Source of the DNA: an uncultured cyanobacterium
GTDB taxonomy: Bacteria > Cyanobacteriota > Cyanobacteriia > Cyanobacteriales > Nostocaceae
NCBI GenBank assembly: GCA_963740315.1
Contig: CAVUDP010000002.1
Location: 448,001-512,000 of the forward strand
DNA: 64,000 bases
Reading direction: 5' to 3'
The notes under the pieces are model-generated. The model made no database searches. It saw only the letters and a program-made list of their open reading frames with translations, and was not told the origin of the DNA. Made by a program: the position numbers and the translations under genes. The first letter of the stretch is position 1, and each line of letters begins with the position of its first letter. Below, piece after piece: positions 41,835 through 51,010 of this stretch.

Positions 41835-44800
41835 TCCTCAAACAATCCTAAAGAACAAACAATCTGCGGTTCGCGTTTTTCTACTTCTTCACTTACAATA
41901 CACAAACGGTCATCAGTTCGCAAAGCAACCGTTAATTCAGCTAATCCTCGATCGCTAATGCCGCTTCTTAGTTGTCTATTTAAAGTATCAATTGCTGATT
42001 GTCGTAACGGATAACGGTAAATATCATCGATTGCTTTTAAAAGTTCTTCACTTACAAATAAAGTTCCTTTCATCTCCCGCACGTAACTTTTTAATCGTTC
42101 GTAAGTACGGAATCTAGCACCAGAAGGTCGTCCTAATTGTCCCCCAGAGTTTTTCTCTTCTTCGGCAATTAATTCGCTAGCTTTTAACACTAATTCATGA
42201 TGTTTTTTATGTTTGGGAATTGCAGGGGTATCTGGTTCGCAAGCTGCTGCTTTTAAAACTCCTAATTGCGACTGGGTAACGCTATTTCCATCGCGATCGA
42301 CGTAAATTAAAGAATCATTACCCTCGGTTGTTTTCATATAAAGTAACACCCCTTCCGGCTGCACGGGTTTGGGATTGTGGGAACGGGTTGAGTAAACGAC
42401 ATTTGGCATTTCTTCGATTTTCTTTTTCAAAGCTGGATTGCGATCGGTGGCTTTTTTCCAAATTTGAAATGCTTCTGAAGTTAAATCAACTTCCGTATCT
42501 TCATCACCATCTAAAACCCCAGATTTTTCATTATAAAGATCGAGAATTACCTGTGTAGATTCATCTTCAAAAAATGTTTCATCGGTTCCTACAACTTCCG
42601 CATTTTCCTGCAATCGTTGCTTGAGTCTTCCCCGTAAATTAATAATTCGTTCGACTCCTTCTGCTGGTAAAAACGAATAACAAAGGATTTTTTCGGCATT
42701 TTGTCCAATGCGATCGACTCTTCCCGCTCTTTGAATCAAGCGAATAATTGCCCAAGGTAAATCCCAATTGACTATAATTGCACAGTCTTGTAAATTATGA
42801 CCTTCACTCAAGACATCGGTAGCAATTAAAATTCGCAATTCGCGATCGTTTGATATTTGATTTTGCTTGTTATTGCTAACAGGACTAAATCTTTGTGCTA
42901 ACTCAGTAGGATTTTTATCTTGTCCGGTAACGCTGGCAACATTGTTAATATTAACTGCTTGTAAATTATCAGTTAAATAGCGGACTGTATCGGCAAATTG
43001 AGTGAATATTAAAACTTTTTCGGTAGGATGAGTTTGAGTAACTAAATTAATTAAAGCTGCTAACTTTTCATCTTGTTTGGGTTTCCATTCACCAAATTGT
43101 TGCAGCAAATTAATTAAAACTTTGGCATCGGCTAATAAATCTCGTTTTAGCTTTTTGCTATCAAATAAAGTAGAATTTAGCCATTTAAAGCGTTTTGAAT
43201 ATTTAACTGTATATTCTTGATAAATTGATTCAGCTTTAATACGAAAAGTTTGTTCGGTAATTTCCGCTAGTATATTATCTTGTGAATCAAAATCAGTATC
43301 ATCTTCTGTTTCTACATCTGTATCTTCATCATTATTACGAGTATCTAATAAACTCGCGTCTTGAGTCCCAATCGGAATATCAAGCTGTTTTTCTAATGCG
43401 TACAAATAAATAAAATTTCGTAAAATGTGACGTTCAATAGATTGAATAAAAGCTATGCCACTACTTTCCAAACGTTTAAATAAATTAGTCCGAGAAAACC
43501 CCATCAACCGTTTACCACCGCGAAATAAACCATTCAAGTAACGTTGTTCGTCTTCTGTAGGAGAATTTTTCGGTTTTTTAGCAACATATTCCCCTAATCC
43601 ATAACGCGGTAAATTAAGTTGATTGATAACTTCAACTACCGACTCAGAATAAAGAGATGAGTAAGAATTTCCAGCATCATCCATCGTAAAGTTAATAGTT
43701 TTAGGAATTCGCTCTGGAAAATAAGAACGAGTGCGATCGCTAAATTCTAAATATTTTCTTATTCTTCCTCCCTCCTTTACAAAGGGGTCTGATTTAGCAT
43801 AATTATCTTTAATAAAAGAACGAGTCCTTCTAACCATATAGCGTTTCATCAAATCTCGCCAATCATCGGGATGTTCGCTTTTTTCAAAAGCAGCTAAAGA
43901 ACGTAAAGAACATTGATGTCTTCTAACAAACTCAATTTCTCCTAATTCATTAATTAAAGCTTCCGGACGAAATCCTAAATCTTCGTCTTCCGGTACAAAT
44001 AATCTTAATTGCGCGGAAAGGTCGAGATAAGTTTTATTATAAGGTGTTGCCGAAAGTAAAATACATTTGCTTTCATTCGCGGTAATATATTCAAAAATTG
44101 CTCGATATCTTTTACCTTCACGATTGCGTAAATTGTGACTTTCATCTATTAACACAACTCGGTAGCGGCGTAATTCTGGTAACTTAGTTTGGACTTGACT
44201 TACAGGTAAAACTTTTGCATAAAGCCGATAGTTATCTACATATTCCTGCCACATATTCGTTAAATTTTTTGGACAGATAATCAACGTTTCTAAAAAACAA
44301 TCTTCCTGTAAAATCTTAGCTAAAGCCGTTCCTACCAAAGTTTTTCCCAAACCCACCACATCACCGACAATTACACCACCACGTCTAGTTACATGACGCG
44401 CTGCTAATTGAACTGCCGCTTTTTGAAATTCAAACAAATTATTAAATTCGGGGGGAATTCTGAACTCAGAAAGTCCGGCAATTGCTTCGTGAGATAAATG
44501 GTAGGCAATCTTCAAATAAATGTGATGCGGCGGTATTAATTCCTTTCTTGCCCAACTATTATCAATTATTGCCGCTAATTCTTGAGAAATATCTATACAG
44601 CCATATTCTTCCCAACGCTGATTAAACCATTTTTGCATTTTATTACAAGCATCATGATCTAAAATATCAACATTCAATTCACCTTGTTTTACCAAACCCG
44701 AAAAAGTTAAATTACTGCTACCTAAAAAACCAACAGTTGGTGTATTAGGATCGTGACGATGCACTAAATATAACTTAGCGTGTAGAGAATGTTTTAAAAA

Positions 44801-45196
44801 TAGTTTAACGATCAATTTCTGAGTTTTTAACTGACTGCTTAAACGTCTCAATCCAGCTTCATCGCTATTCGACGGCGCACCAATAATCAGCTGATGCCGA
44901 AATTCAGCCGCCATCTTTTTTTTTAAACGAATAATAGTACTATTATCAAGCCTTCCTTCACCACCAACAAGAGATAAAACATTACGAAGTTCATCGCTTG
45001 GTAAACTTTGCATACCAATTAGCAGACGACAACAACCCACCTCCCCACCTGGGTACCTTTCAATCAAATCATCAATTTTCTGCCATCCTCTCAGGTTAAA
45101 ATAGCCGACACAAAAATCTGCCCTGTGAGAAACATTAAGAGTTTCTCGTAAAATCGGCAGCATCTGTAAATTAATGTTGTCAAAAATGCGCGGCAT
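41831..45196 (-). CDS. PLD-nuclease / SNF2-like SF2 helicase fusion
   Basis: PLD motifs LHAKLY...GSSNLT. Helicase motifs DVVGLGKT, IDESHN, LSATP, TDVLSEGHNLQ, QRAGRVDRIG. Confidence 0.92.
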   Translation of the reverse strand: MPRIFDNINLQMLPILRETLNVSHRADFCVGYFNLRGWQKIDDLIERYPGGEVGCCRLLIGMQSLPSDELRNVLSLVGGEGRLDNSTIIRLKKKMAAEFRHQLIIGAPSNSDEAGLRRLSSQLKTQKLIVKLFLKHSLHAKLYLVHRHDPNTPTVGFLGSSNLTFSGLVKQGELNVDILDHDACNKMQKWFNQRWEEYGCIDISQELAAIIDNSWARKELIPPHHIYLKIAYHLSHEAIAGLSEFRIPPEFNNLFEFQKAAVQLAARHVTRRGGVIVGDVVGLGKTLVGTALAKILQEDCFLETLIICPKNLTNMWQEYVDNYRLYAKVLPVSQVQTKLPELRRYRVVLIDESHNLRNREGKRYRAIFEYITANESKCILLSATPYNKTYLDLSAQLRLFVPEDEDLGFRPEALINELGEIEFVRRHQCSLRSLAAFEKSEHPDDWRDLMKRYMVRRTRSFIKDNYAKSDPFVKEGGRIRKYLEFSDRTRSYFPERIPKTINFTMDDAGNSYSSLYSESVVEVINQLNLPRYGLGEYVAKKPKNSPTEDEQRYLNGLFRGGKRLMGFSRTNLFKRLESSGIAFIQSIERHILRNFIYLYALEKQLDIPIGTQDASLLDTRNNDEDTDVETEDDTDFDSQDNILAEITEQTFRIKAESIYQEYTVKYSKRFKWLNSTLFDSKKLKRDLLADAKVLINLLQQFGEWKPKQDEKLAALINLVTQTHPTEKVLIFTQFADTVRYLTDNLQAVNINNVASVTGQDKNPTELAQRFSPVSNNKQNQISNDRELRILIATDVLSEGHNLQDCAIIVNWDLPWAIIRLIQRAGRVDRIGQNAEKILCYSFLPAEGVERIINLRGRLKQRLQENAEVVGTDETFFEDESTQVILDLYNEKSGVLDGDEDTEVDLTSEAFQIWKKATDRNPALKKKIEEMPNVVYSTRSHNPKPVQPEGVLLYMKTTEGNDSLIYVDRDGNSVTQSQLGVLKAAACEPDTPAIPKHKKHHELVLKASELIAEEEKNSGGQLGRPSGARFRTYERLKSYVREMKGTLFVSEELLKAIDDIYRYPLRQSAIDTLNRQLRSGISDRGLAELTVALRTDDRLCIVSEEVEKREPQIVCSLGLFEE

Positions 45197-45301
45197 TCTT
45201 CTATACCCGGATTATTTTAATTGGCATTACCATGTTATATTTATTTATTTTTAATACCAATTAAAACCGTATTAATGCTTAAAATTAATTTTCATCTACA
45301 T

Positions 45302-45406
45302 TACAGCACTTTGCAAATGGAGTACACAATTTTATCTTCAGATTCTTGTGGGGTGGGCATCCCTGCCCGCCAGAATATACCTCACCTTCCCGCTCAATAT
45401 GCTGTA
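45302..45406. mobile_element. MITE-like element (TACAGCA...TGCTGTA), right island flank
   Basis: Same ends and core TCTTGTGGGGTGGGCATCCCTGCCCG...TACCTCAC as 34531-34637, in the same orientation. Confidence 0.75.
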
Positions 45407-45407
45407 T

Positions 45408-46136
45408 CTAAAATCCCTTCACCCACTCCAAAGCACTCTCAACATCTTCCACCAATTCCCCTTGCGGAAGCATCGCACGTTTCACCATTACCACCTTTAT
45501 CCCCAACTCTCTGGCAGCAATAATTTTTGCATAGGTTGCATCACCACCGCTGTTTTTACTCACAACAGTATCAATATTATATTTATGCAATAATTGCTTT
45601 TCTAAATCCTTATCGAACGGTCCGCGATCGAATAAAAGTAACCCTTTTGGTAATACAATATCCGATGAAGGTTTCTCGATCGCTCTCATCAAAAACCACA
45701 CATTTTCGAGTGCAAAAGCAGTTAATTCTTGTCTGCCAATTGTTAAAAATACTCGCTGGGCTAAACCAGGTAAAATGGCTGATGCTGCCTGTATATTTTC
45801 AACTTCTATCCAGCGATCGCCCTTAACAGATTCCCATTCAGCACGAACCAACATCAATCGCGGTAATCCTACTTTTTCTGCTGCTATGGCTGCATTTTGG
45901 GATATTTTAGCCGCAAAAGGGTGTGTAGCGTCGATCAGTAAATCAATCTTTTCTACTTCTAAATACTGAGTTAAACCTGCAACACCACCAAAACCACCGA
46001 TGCGAGAATTTTTGGATGCTACTTGACGAGTGCGACCTGCGAAAGATAATTTTATTTCGATATGTGGTAGATTAGCAGCTTTTAAAGCTAATTCCCCAGC
46101 TTCCTGAGTTCCGCCGAGAATTAATATTTTTACCAA
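45408..46136 (-). CDS. cobK: Cobalt-precorrin-6A reductase (CobK/CbiJ)
   Basis: ILILGGT, GGFGG, IDATHPFA, RGPF, VSKNSGG. Confidence 0.93.
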   Translation of the reverse strand: MVKILILGGTQEAGELALKAANLPHIEIKLSFAGRTRQVASKNSRIGGFGGVAGLTQYLEVEKIDLLIDATHPFAAKISQNAAIAAEKVGLPRLMLVRAEWESVKGDRWIEVENIQAASAILPGLAQRVFLTIGRQELTAFALENVWFLMRAIEKPSSDIVLPKGLLLFDRGPFDKDLEKQLLHKYNIDTVVSKNSGGDATYAKIIAARELGIKVVMVKRAMLPQGELVEDVESALEWVKGF

Positions 46137-46139
46137 ATT

Positions 46140-46370
46140 TTATCCTAAAGCATCAAGATATCCTTGCATATAACAATAACCATAGACGTTATTCTGATTT
46201 ACGACTGTTTTTTGCAAAGAATTTTTAGCTATATAATATCCTCTTAAATAACCATTATATCCAGAGCCATTTTGACAGTCTTGTCTAGTAAAATTATGAG
46301 CATTTTGACAAGATGTGAGAAAGCAAGAAAGAGTAACGTAACTTGAACATATGATAAATTTTGAGAACAT
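46140..46370 (-). CDS. Small hypothetical, possibly a lipoprotein
   Basis: Hydrophobic N-terminus with a lipobox-like LTSC. Ends 3 bp before cobK. Confidence 0.45.
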   Translation of the reverse strand: MFSKFIICSSYVTLSCFLTSCQNAHNFTRQDCQNGSGYNGYLRGYYIAKNSLQKTVVNQNNVYGYCYMQGYLDALG

Positions 46371-46480
46371 ATTTAATAACTATATTAAATTTAAAAATAT
46401 TTTTATATTAAACAATGTTGTGAATAAAAAAACAAGTACAGAAGGTAAATATCAAATCTGATTAAGTATTATTAAAAAAT

Positions 46481-46513
46481 AAAAAAACCCAGTTGCTTTC
46501 ACACAACCGGGTT
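46481..46513 (-). terminator. Intrinsic terminator of hspA
   Basis: The minus strand reads AACCCGGTTG-TGTGAAAG-CAACTGGGTT followed by a T run, ~40 bp after the stop. Confidence 0.75.
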
Positions 46514-46555
46514 AAATCATTCAACTACCCAGAATACTTTGTTACCACGCTTACA

Positions 46556-47002
46556 TTATGCGTTGGTTTGCTCAAGGTTAACTTTCACAACTTTATTTTT
46601 TTCTTCTTGAGCTTTAGGTAAATGTAGGTTCAAAATACCGTCTTTATAATCAGCTTTCACATCAGTATTTTGAATGCGTGCTGGTAAAGGAATGACGCGC
46701 TCAAACTTACCATAACGGAACTCACTTCTTTTAGTACCGTTTTCTTCGGTTGTATCTTGCTTGCGCTCTCCTCTGATAGAAACCGCATTTTCAGTAACTT
46801 GAATATCCAAGTCATTTGCATTCATACCCGGAATTTCTAACTTCAAGTTAACAGCGTCATCGGTTTCCGATAACTCAGCCGCAGGAACTTTAGAAATATT
46901 ATCAAAATCGGAATTATCTGGAGCGATCGTATCGTCAAATAAACGATTGAAGCTTCTTTGTAAAGCATTCACTTCGTGCCAGGGATTGTAACGTGATATC
47001 AT
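46556..47002 (-). CDS. hspA: Small heat-shock protein Hsp20
   Basis: PAAEL, LEIPG, ISIRGER-type segment, SEFRYGKFERVIPLP, ADYKDGILNLHLPK. Confidence 0.93.
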   Translation of the reverse strand: MISRYNPWHEVNALQRSFNRLFDDTIAPDNSDFDNISKVPAAELSETDDAVNLKLEIPGMNANDLDIQVTENAVSIRGERKQDTTEENGTKRSEFRYGKFERVIPLPARIQNTDVKADYKDGILNLHLPKAQEEKNKVVKVNLEQTNA

Positions 47003-47262
47003 ATTAATTAACCTCTTGTTGTGTGTATTAGTTGCTTCCTTTGATTACTATATTAATGAAGGTAAAAGGTAGTCTAAATACGGTTTTTATCACAAATTAA
47101 ATAGAGAAAACCGACCAATTAAAAGTAGATAATATTATGTTCGGTTAACTGTAAAAATATCAGTACGGTAAACCATAAAAATGTAGAGACGCGATATATC
47201 GCGTCTCTACAGTAATCTGAAAATATTTCCAATCGTGGAAGAATCGAATTAAATCCCATCAT

Positions 47263-47670
47263 TTAAACCGATGGAACTGGCGTTTTAGCAGTTAACTCCG
47301 CATCAGCTTTTTCAAGTTCCGGTTCAGTTGCTGTAATATGCTCTTCCAAAATTGCTAAATTACGAATATTGGATTTATAAAAAGCATCGAATACGTCACC
47401 AAGTAACGGTACCGTGCCAACAACAGTTTCCAAACCAACATTAAAAATCATTTTTTTGAGGTTATCATTCGACACACCAACGCGAGTCGCCAGATAAATA
47501 ATGTAACCGGAAACTATCGTACTGATAATATCTCCAGCACCGGGAATTAAACCAAGAATAGGATCTAATCCGATGCGGAATTTGGTGCCGGGAATACCGA
47601 TCGCAGTATCCATCAGCCGACTGAATTTACGAATCCGGTTAAGCGTTGCGAGTTTTTTTGCATTATCCAT
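47263..47670 (-). CDS. DUF4112 family membrane protein
   Basis: LMDTAIGIPGTKFRIGLDPILGLIPGAGD...VPLLGDVFD...KSNIRN. Confidence 0.88.
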   Translation of the reverse strand: MDNAKKLATLNRIRKFSRLMDTAIGIPGTKFRIGLDPILGLIPGAGDIISTIVSGYIIYLATRVGVSNDNLKKMIFNVGLETVVGTVPLLGDVFDAFYKSNIRNLAILEEHITATEPELEKADAELTAKTPVPSV

Positions 47671-47787
47671 AATTAATATATTTGCATTAATTACTAATCT
47701 ATGTCTTATATCGCGAGAAAGAATATGTGAATTGAGCAACTCTATAAAAAGATATGATTTTGGGTGTTGTTGATTTTTTTTATCCGT

Positions 47788-47978
47788 AGAAGCTTATTGG
47801 AAGCAGTATCTGAGCCATGAGAAAATTTAGAACACTCGATGAATTTGAAGAAGAGTATTTTCGCAAGCACCCTGAAGAAATTGATGACTATTTGACCGAG
47901 ATATTTCAGGAATATTTACTAGATAATGATTCTGGCGCATTACTGGCATCGTTACGTATTATTGCCCAGGTAAAATAT
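47788..47978 (+). pseudogene. Relic toxin-antitoxin locus: toxin 3' remnant plus truncated addiction-module antidote
   Basis: EAYWKQYLSHEKI* overlaps ORF 47817, which resembles an antidote N-terminus (..EIDDYL..ALLASLRIIAQVK) and stops resembling it just before the HTH would start. Confidence 0.55.
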
Positions 47979-48578
47979 CTACCAAATACTACTCAAATCC
48001 AACACAAAACCAGATAAAATATCTTCTCCGCTTAATGTTGACGGATTATCTAATTCCTCAACCGCAACATCTGGACGATAAATATAAACAAAGCGTTCTT
48101 TTCTATCAATTAACCATCCCAATTTCGCACCGTTATCAATATATTCCACCATCTTGTCTTGTAAAACTTTTAAACTATCATCCGAACGCAATTCAACTAC
48201 AAACTCCGGACAAATAGGAGCAAATTTTTTACGTTTTTCTACAGGAATTGCTTCCCAATCTGTTTTTTTAATCCAAGCAGCATCCGGGGAGCGAATAGCA
48301 CCGTTGGGTAATGTAAAACCACCACTCGAACCAAATCCCACACCCGTACCATCAAATTTTTTCCACACACCTAATTGTCCAATTAATTCAAAGTTACGTT
48401 GGGCATTTTCTGAACCTGTTGGGAACGCGATCGCAATTTCTCTATTGTCATTTCGTTCGATGCAAAAATCCTTATTTAGCTGACAAAAATCGAATAATTG
48501 CTCATCCGTCATGCTAATAACGGGATGAAATTTCAACACCATTGGAGTTTCTGTTGCGATTGGTAATTGTGCAGTCAT
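47979..48578 (-). CDS. Uma2 family protein
   Basis: FCQLN, SSGGFTLPNGAIRSPDAAW, CPEFVVELRS, LGWLID. Confidence 0.9.
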   Translation of the reverse strand: MTAQLPIATETPMVLKFHPVISMTDEQLFDFCQLNKDFCIERNDNREIAIAFPTGSENAQRNFELIGQLGVWKKFDGTGVGFGSSGGFTLPNGAIRSPDAAWIKKTDWEAIPVEKRKKFAPICPEFVVELRSDDSLKVLQDKMVEYIDNGAKLGWLIDRKERFVYIYRPDVAVEELDNPSTLSGEDILSGFVLDLSSIW

Positions 48579-48823
48579 TTTCTACTTCGCCGATTAACTT
48601 CTTGCTTTTATTTTAGAATTTGTTTATCTTAGCGGGTTTCTTTTTCTTTCAAGGTTTTGGTGCGCTCACGGCTGAAGCTATAACGCGCTTTCCCCATCTT
48701 TTAAACAGCATATTTATTTATTGCAACAATCTCGGATGGTGCGTTAGACGTAATTCCTGCTTATCGTTAATGTAATAAATAGTCGTGCGTCTAACACACC
48801 CTACAATTTGACTTGCTTTTATT

Positions 48824-50002
48824 CTAGAATTGCTCCCGACAAATAACTTCCCCTTTCCTATCAAACAACACCACTCCAACCTTCATCTCTACATCCGCAT
48901 ACTTTTTAACGTAACTTTCCGCTTTCCGACTTATCTTTTGAGCCAAATTACCAAAAACCCGATCGCTCAAACCTAATTCAATCAACTTCTTATGCGCTTC
49001 ATCCGCCGTCTTCACCTGCAAAACAGCCCGCACGGCTTCAATATTTCCCCCAACTTCCACCACAGCAGCAGCAATAATTTCTAATTTCGCATCAGCAATG
49101 TGACTCGAAGTATTGAAAATTCCACCCGCTAACTTTATTAACTTTCCCTGATATCCCAACAACAATACCGACTCTGCTTTATACAAACCTGCTTCCACCA
49201 ACAAAGCCCCTAACCAATTACCAGTAGGAACTATCGCCGATTCTGGAATAGATAATTTTTCTGCTACATTGTTACCATTCGCACCAATACAAAATACTAA
49301 ATTGGGATTACTTTTCACCTTCTCCCGCAAGATACCGCGAAATTCGTCTAAACGATCGGCAACAGAAAGCGGTTGAGAAATACCGCTAGTTCCCAACAAA
49401 GCCAAACCTTCCAAAATACCAAAGGCTTCATTAGAAGTACGTTTTGCTAATTCCCTACCTTGAGGAAGAATAACTTTGACAGTAACGGTTTTATCTTCAG
49501 GAATTAAAGGTGATAAATTGGCATCAAACAAACGACGCGCAAAACTGTAAATTGCAGCTTCCCCCTTCTCAGTTTTTCCCAAACCTTCGCCAGCTTCTAA
49601 AATCAACGAAAAACCTAACCCCCCAGCCCCCTTCCCTATGAAGGAATGGGGAGAATTAAAAGCCTCTGTTTTTGTAGGAGAGAGGTTTTCAAGATTCCGT
49701 ATTTCTTCTTGTCGCGGCGATAGTTTAACTAAAGCCCAAATAGGAGTATTTTTAGTCAAATCTAAATTATCACCGGGGTTGCTAAGAGCGATCGCCAAAG
49801 CAGTATTATCATCTAAAACGGCAACTTGTTCTATCGGAATTTCTGCACTTTCATCAAGTAAATCTAGAGAAACCGACGATAATTCTGTTTTATTACTTAA
49901 ATTATTTTCTAAATGATTTTTTAAATGAATCAAAGCAGCCTTCGCAGCAGCCACCGCGAAGACAGGTAAAGTGTAACCGGGGAGAGGGGAATGAGGGGAC
50001 AA
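48824..50002 (-). CDS. cbiD: Cobalt-precorrin-5B C1-methyltransferase
   Basis: GYTLPVFA, NPGDNLDLT, RTSNEAFGILEGLALLGTSG, GKLIKLAGGIFNT. Confidence 0.92.
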   Translation of the reverse strand: MSPHSPLPGYTLPVFAVAAAKAALIHLKNHLENNLSNKTELSSVSLDLLDESAEIPIEQVAVLDDNTALAIALSNPGDNLDLTKNTPIWALVKLSPRQEEIRNLENLSPTKTEAFNSPHSFIGKGAGGLGFSLILEAGEGLGKTEKGEAAIYSFARRLFDANLSPLIPEDKTVTVKVILPQGRELAKRTSNEAFGILEGLALLGTSGISQPLSVADRLDEFRGILREKVKSNPNLVFCIGANGNNVAEKLSIPESAIVPTGNWLGALLVEAGLYKAESVLLLGYQGKLIKLAGGIFNTSSHIADAKLEIIAAAVVEVGGNIEAVRAVLQVKTADEAHKKLIELGLSDRVFGNLAQKISRKAESYVKKYADVEMKVGVVLFDRKGEVICREQF

Positions 50003-50246
50003 GGAGATGGGGGATGGGGAGACAAGGGGATGGGGAGAAATTATGAGTTATGAGTTAGAAGTTAATAATATCTGACATCTTGCACCAGTTGCAATAACCG
50101 CCTTTGAATTTATTCAAAGGCGGATTTTAAGGCTTAATAAAAATGGTACAGATTTGAGTAATATAAAACTTTTAACTGCTAAGGGACTTCCAAAAATAAT
50201 TTATCTAATTATGGTAGTGCGAGCATCTTGCTCGCTTGAGATATAC

Positions 50247-50484
50247 CTAACTGCTAACTACTAACTACTAACTACTAACTGCTAACTGCTAACTACTAAC
50301 TGCTAACTACTAACTACTAACTACTAACTACTAACTACTAACTGCTCACTACTAACTACTAACTCCTAACTGCTCACTACTAACTACTAACTACTAACTA
50401 CTAACTACTAACTACTAACTACTAACTGCTCACTACTAACTACTAACTGCTCACTACTCACTGCTAACTGCTCACTGCTCACTG
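50247..50484. repeat. STRR (CTAACTA/CTAACTG/CTCACTG)n
   Basis: About 33 heptamer units. Confidence 0.95.
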
Positions 50485-50871
50485 TTGACTTGGAATTCTT
50501 GCTAAAACGCCTTTTTTCAATGCTTGCGGACGTTCTGACCAAGCCATTTTACCATCTGGTTTTTCGTAATATAAACTTGCACATTCTAAAACTGCGGTTG
50601 ATGTTTCCGAAAGTGCTTTACTATCATGATCTAAATCGCCAAATAAATATGTCATTTTACCCGATGCGGTAAATGCTACTGCACAAGAATGACTGCAAGC
50701 ACTCATGCATTCTACCGATTTCACAGTAAATTCTTTTGCAAGCGCCCAATCTTGATGTTTTTCTTCGAGTTCTTTTAATAGTTTTTCGCCGCCGCTAGTA
50801 CCTATACGCTTTCCATCTTGCCAAACGCTGGCACAGCTAGAGCAGACTAAAATTGTATGTTGATTTTCCAT
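50479..50871 (-). CDS. DUF1636 family metal-binding protein (often cobalamin-associated)
   Basis: VCSSC...VECMSACSHSC...YLFGDL...RP..L...LARIP. Confidence 0.85.
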   Translation of the reverse strand: MENQHTILVCSSCASVWQDGKRIGTSGGEKLLKELEEKHQDWALAKEFTVKSVECMSACSHSCAVAFTASGKMTYLFGDLDHDSKALSETSTAVLECASLYYEKPDGKMAWSERPQALKKGVLARIPSQQ

Positions 50872-51010
50872 TTTTATTCTATCTATAAACTTGTATAAAA
50901 GCGTTCCTCTGCCGTGACCTAATACATTAGCATCATTTGTGTCAGGTGAATAACTTTATAATCTTAGAGATCCAATTGAAAATTCTTATATTCTTGTCGG
51001 GTGTGTGACT

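Noticed and set aside
43762..43795. Possible repeat remnant in the helicase (DPFVKEGG; CTCCTTTACAAAGGGG)
   Set aside because: Too short and degenerate to separate from chance without a homolog alignment.
34641..45196. Assignment as BREX, DISARM or classical type I/III R-M
   Set aside because: No PglZ/BrxC, DrmA/DrmB, HsdS/HsdR or Mod/Res-type genes are recognisable.
45221..45969. Plus-strand ORFs between the helicase and cobK
   Set aside because: They overlap the MITE and are antisense to cobK.
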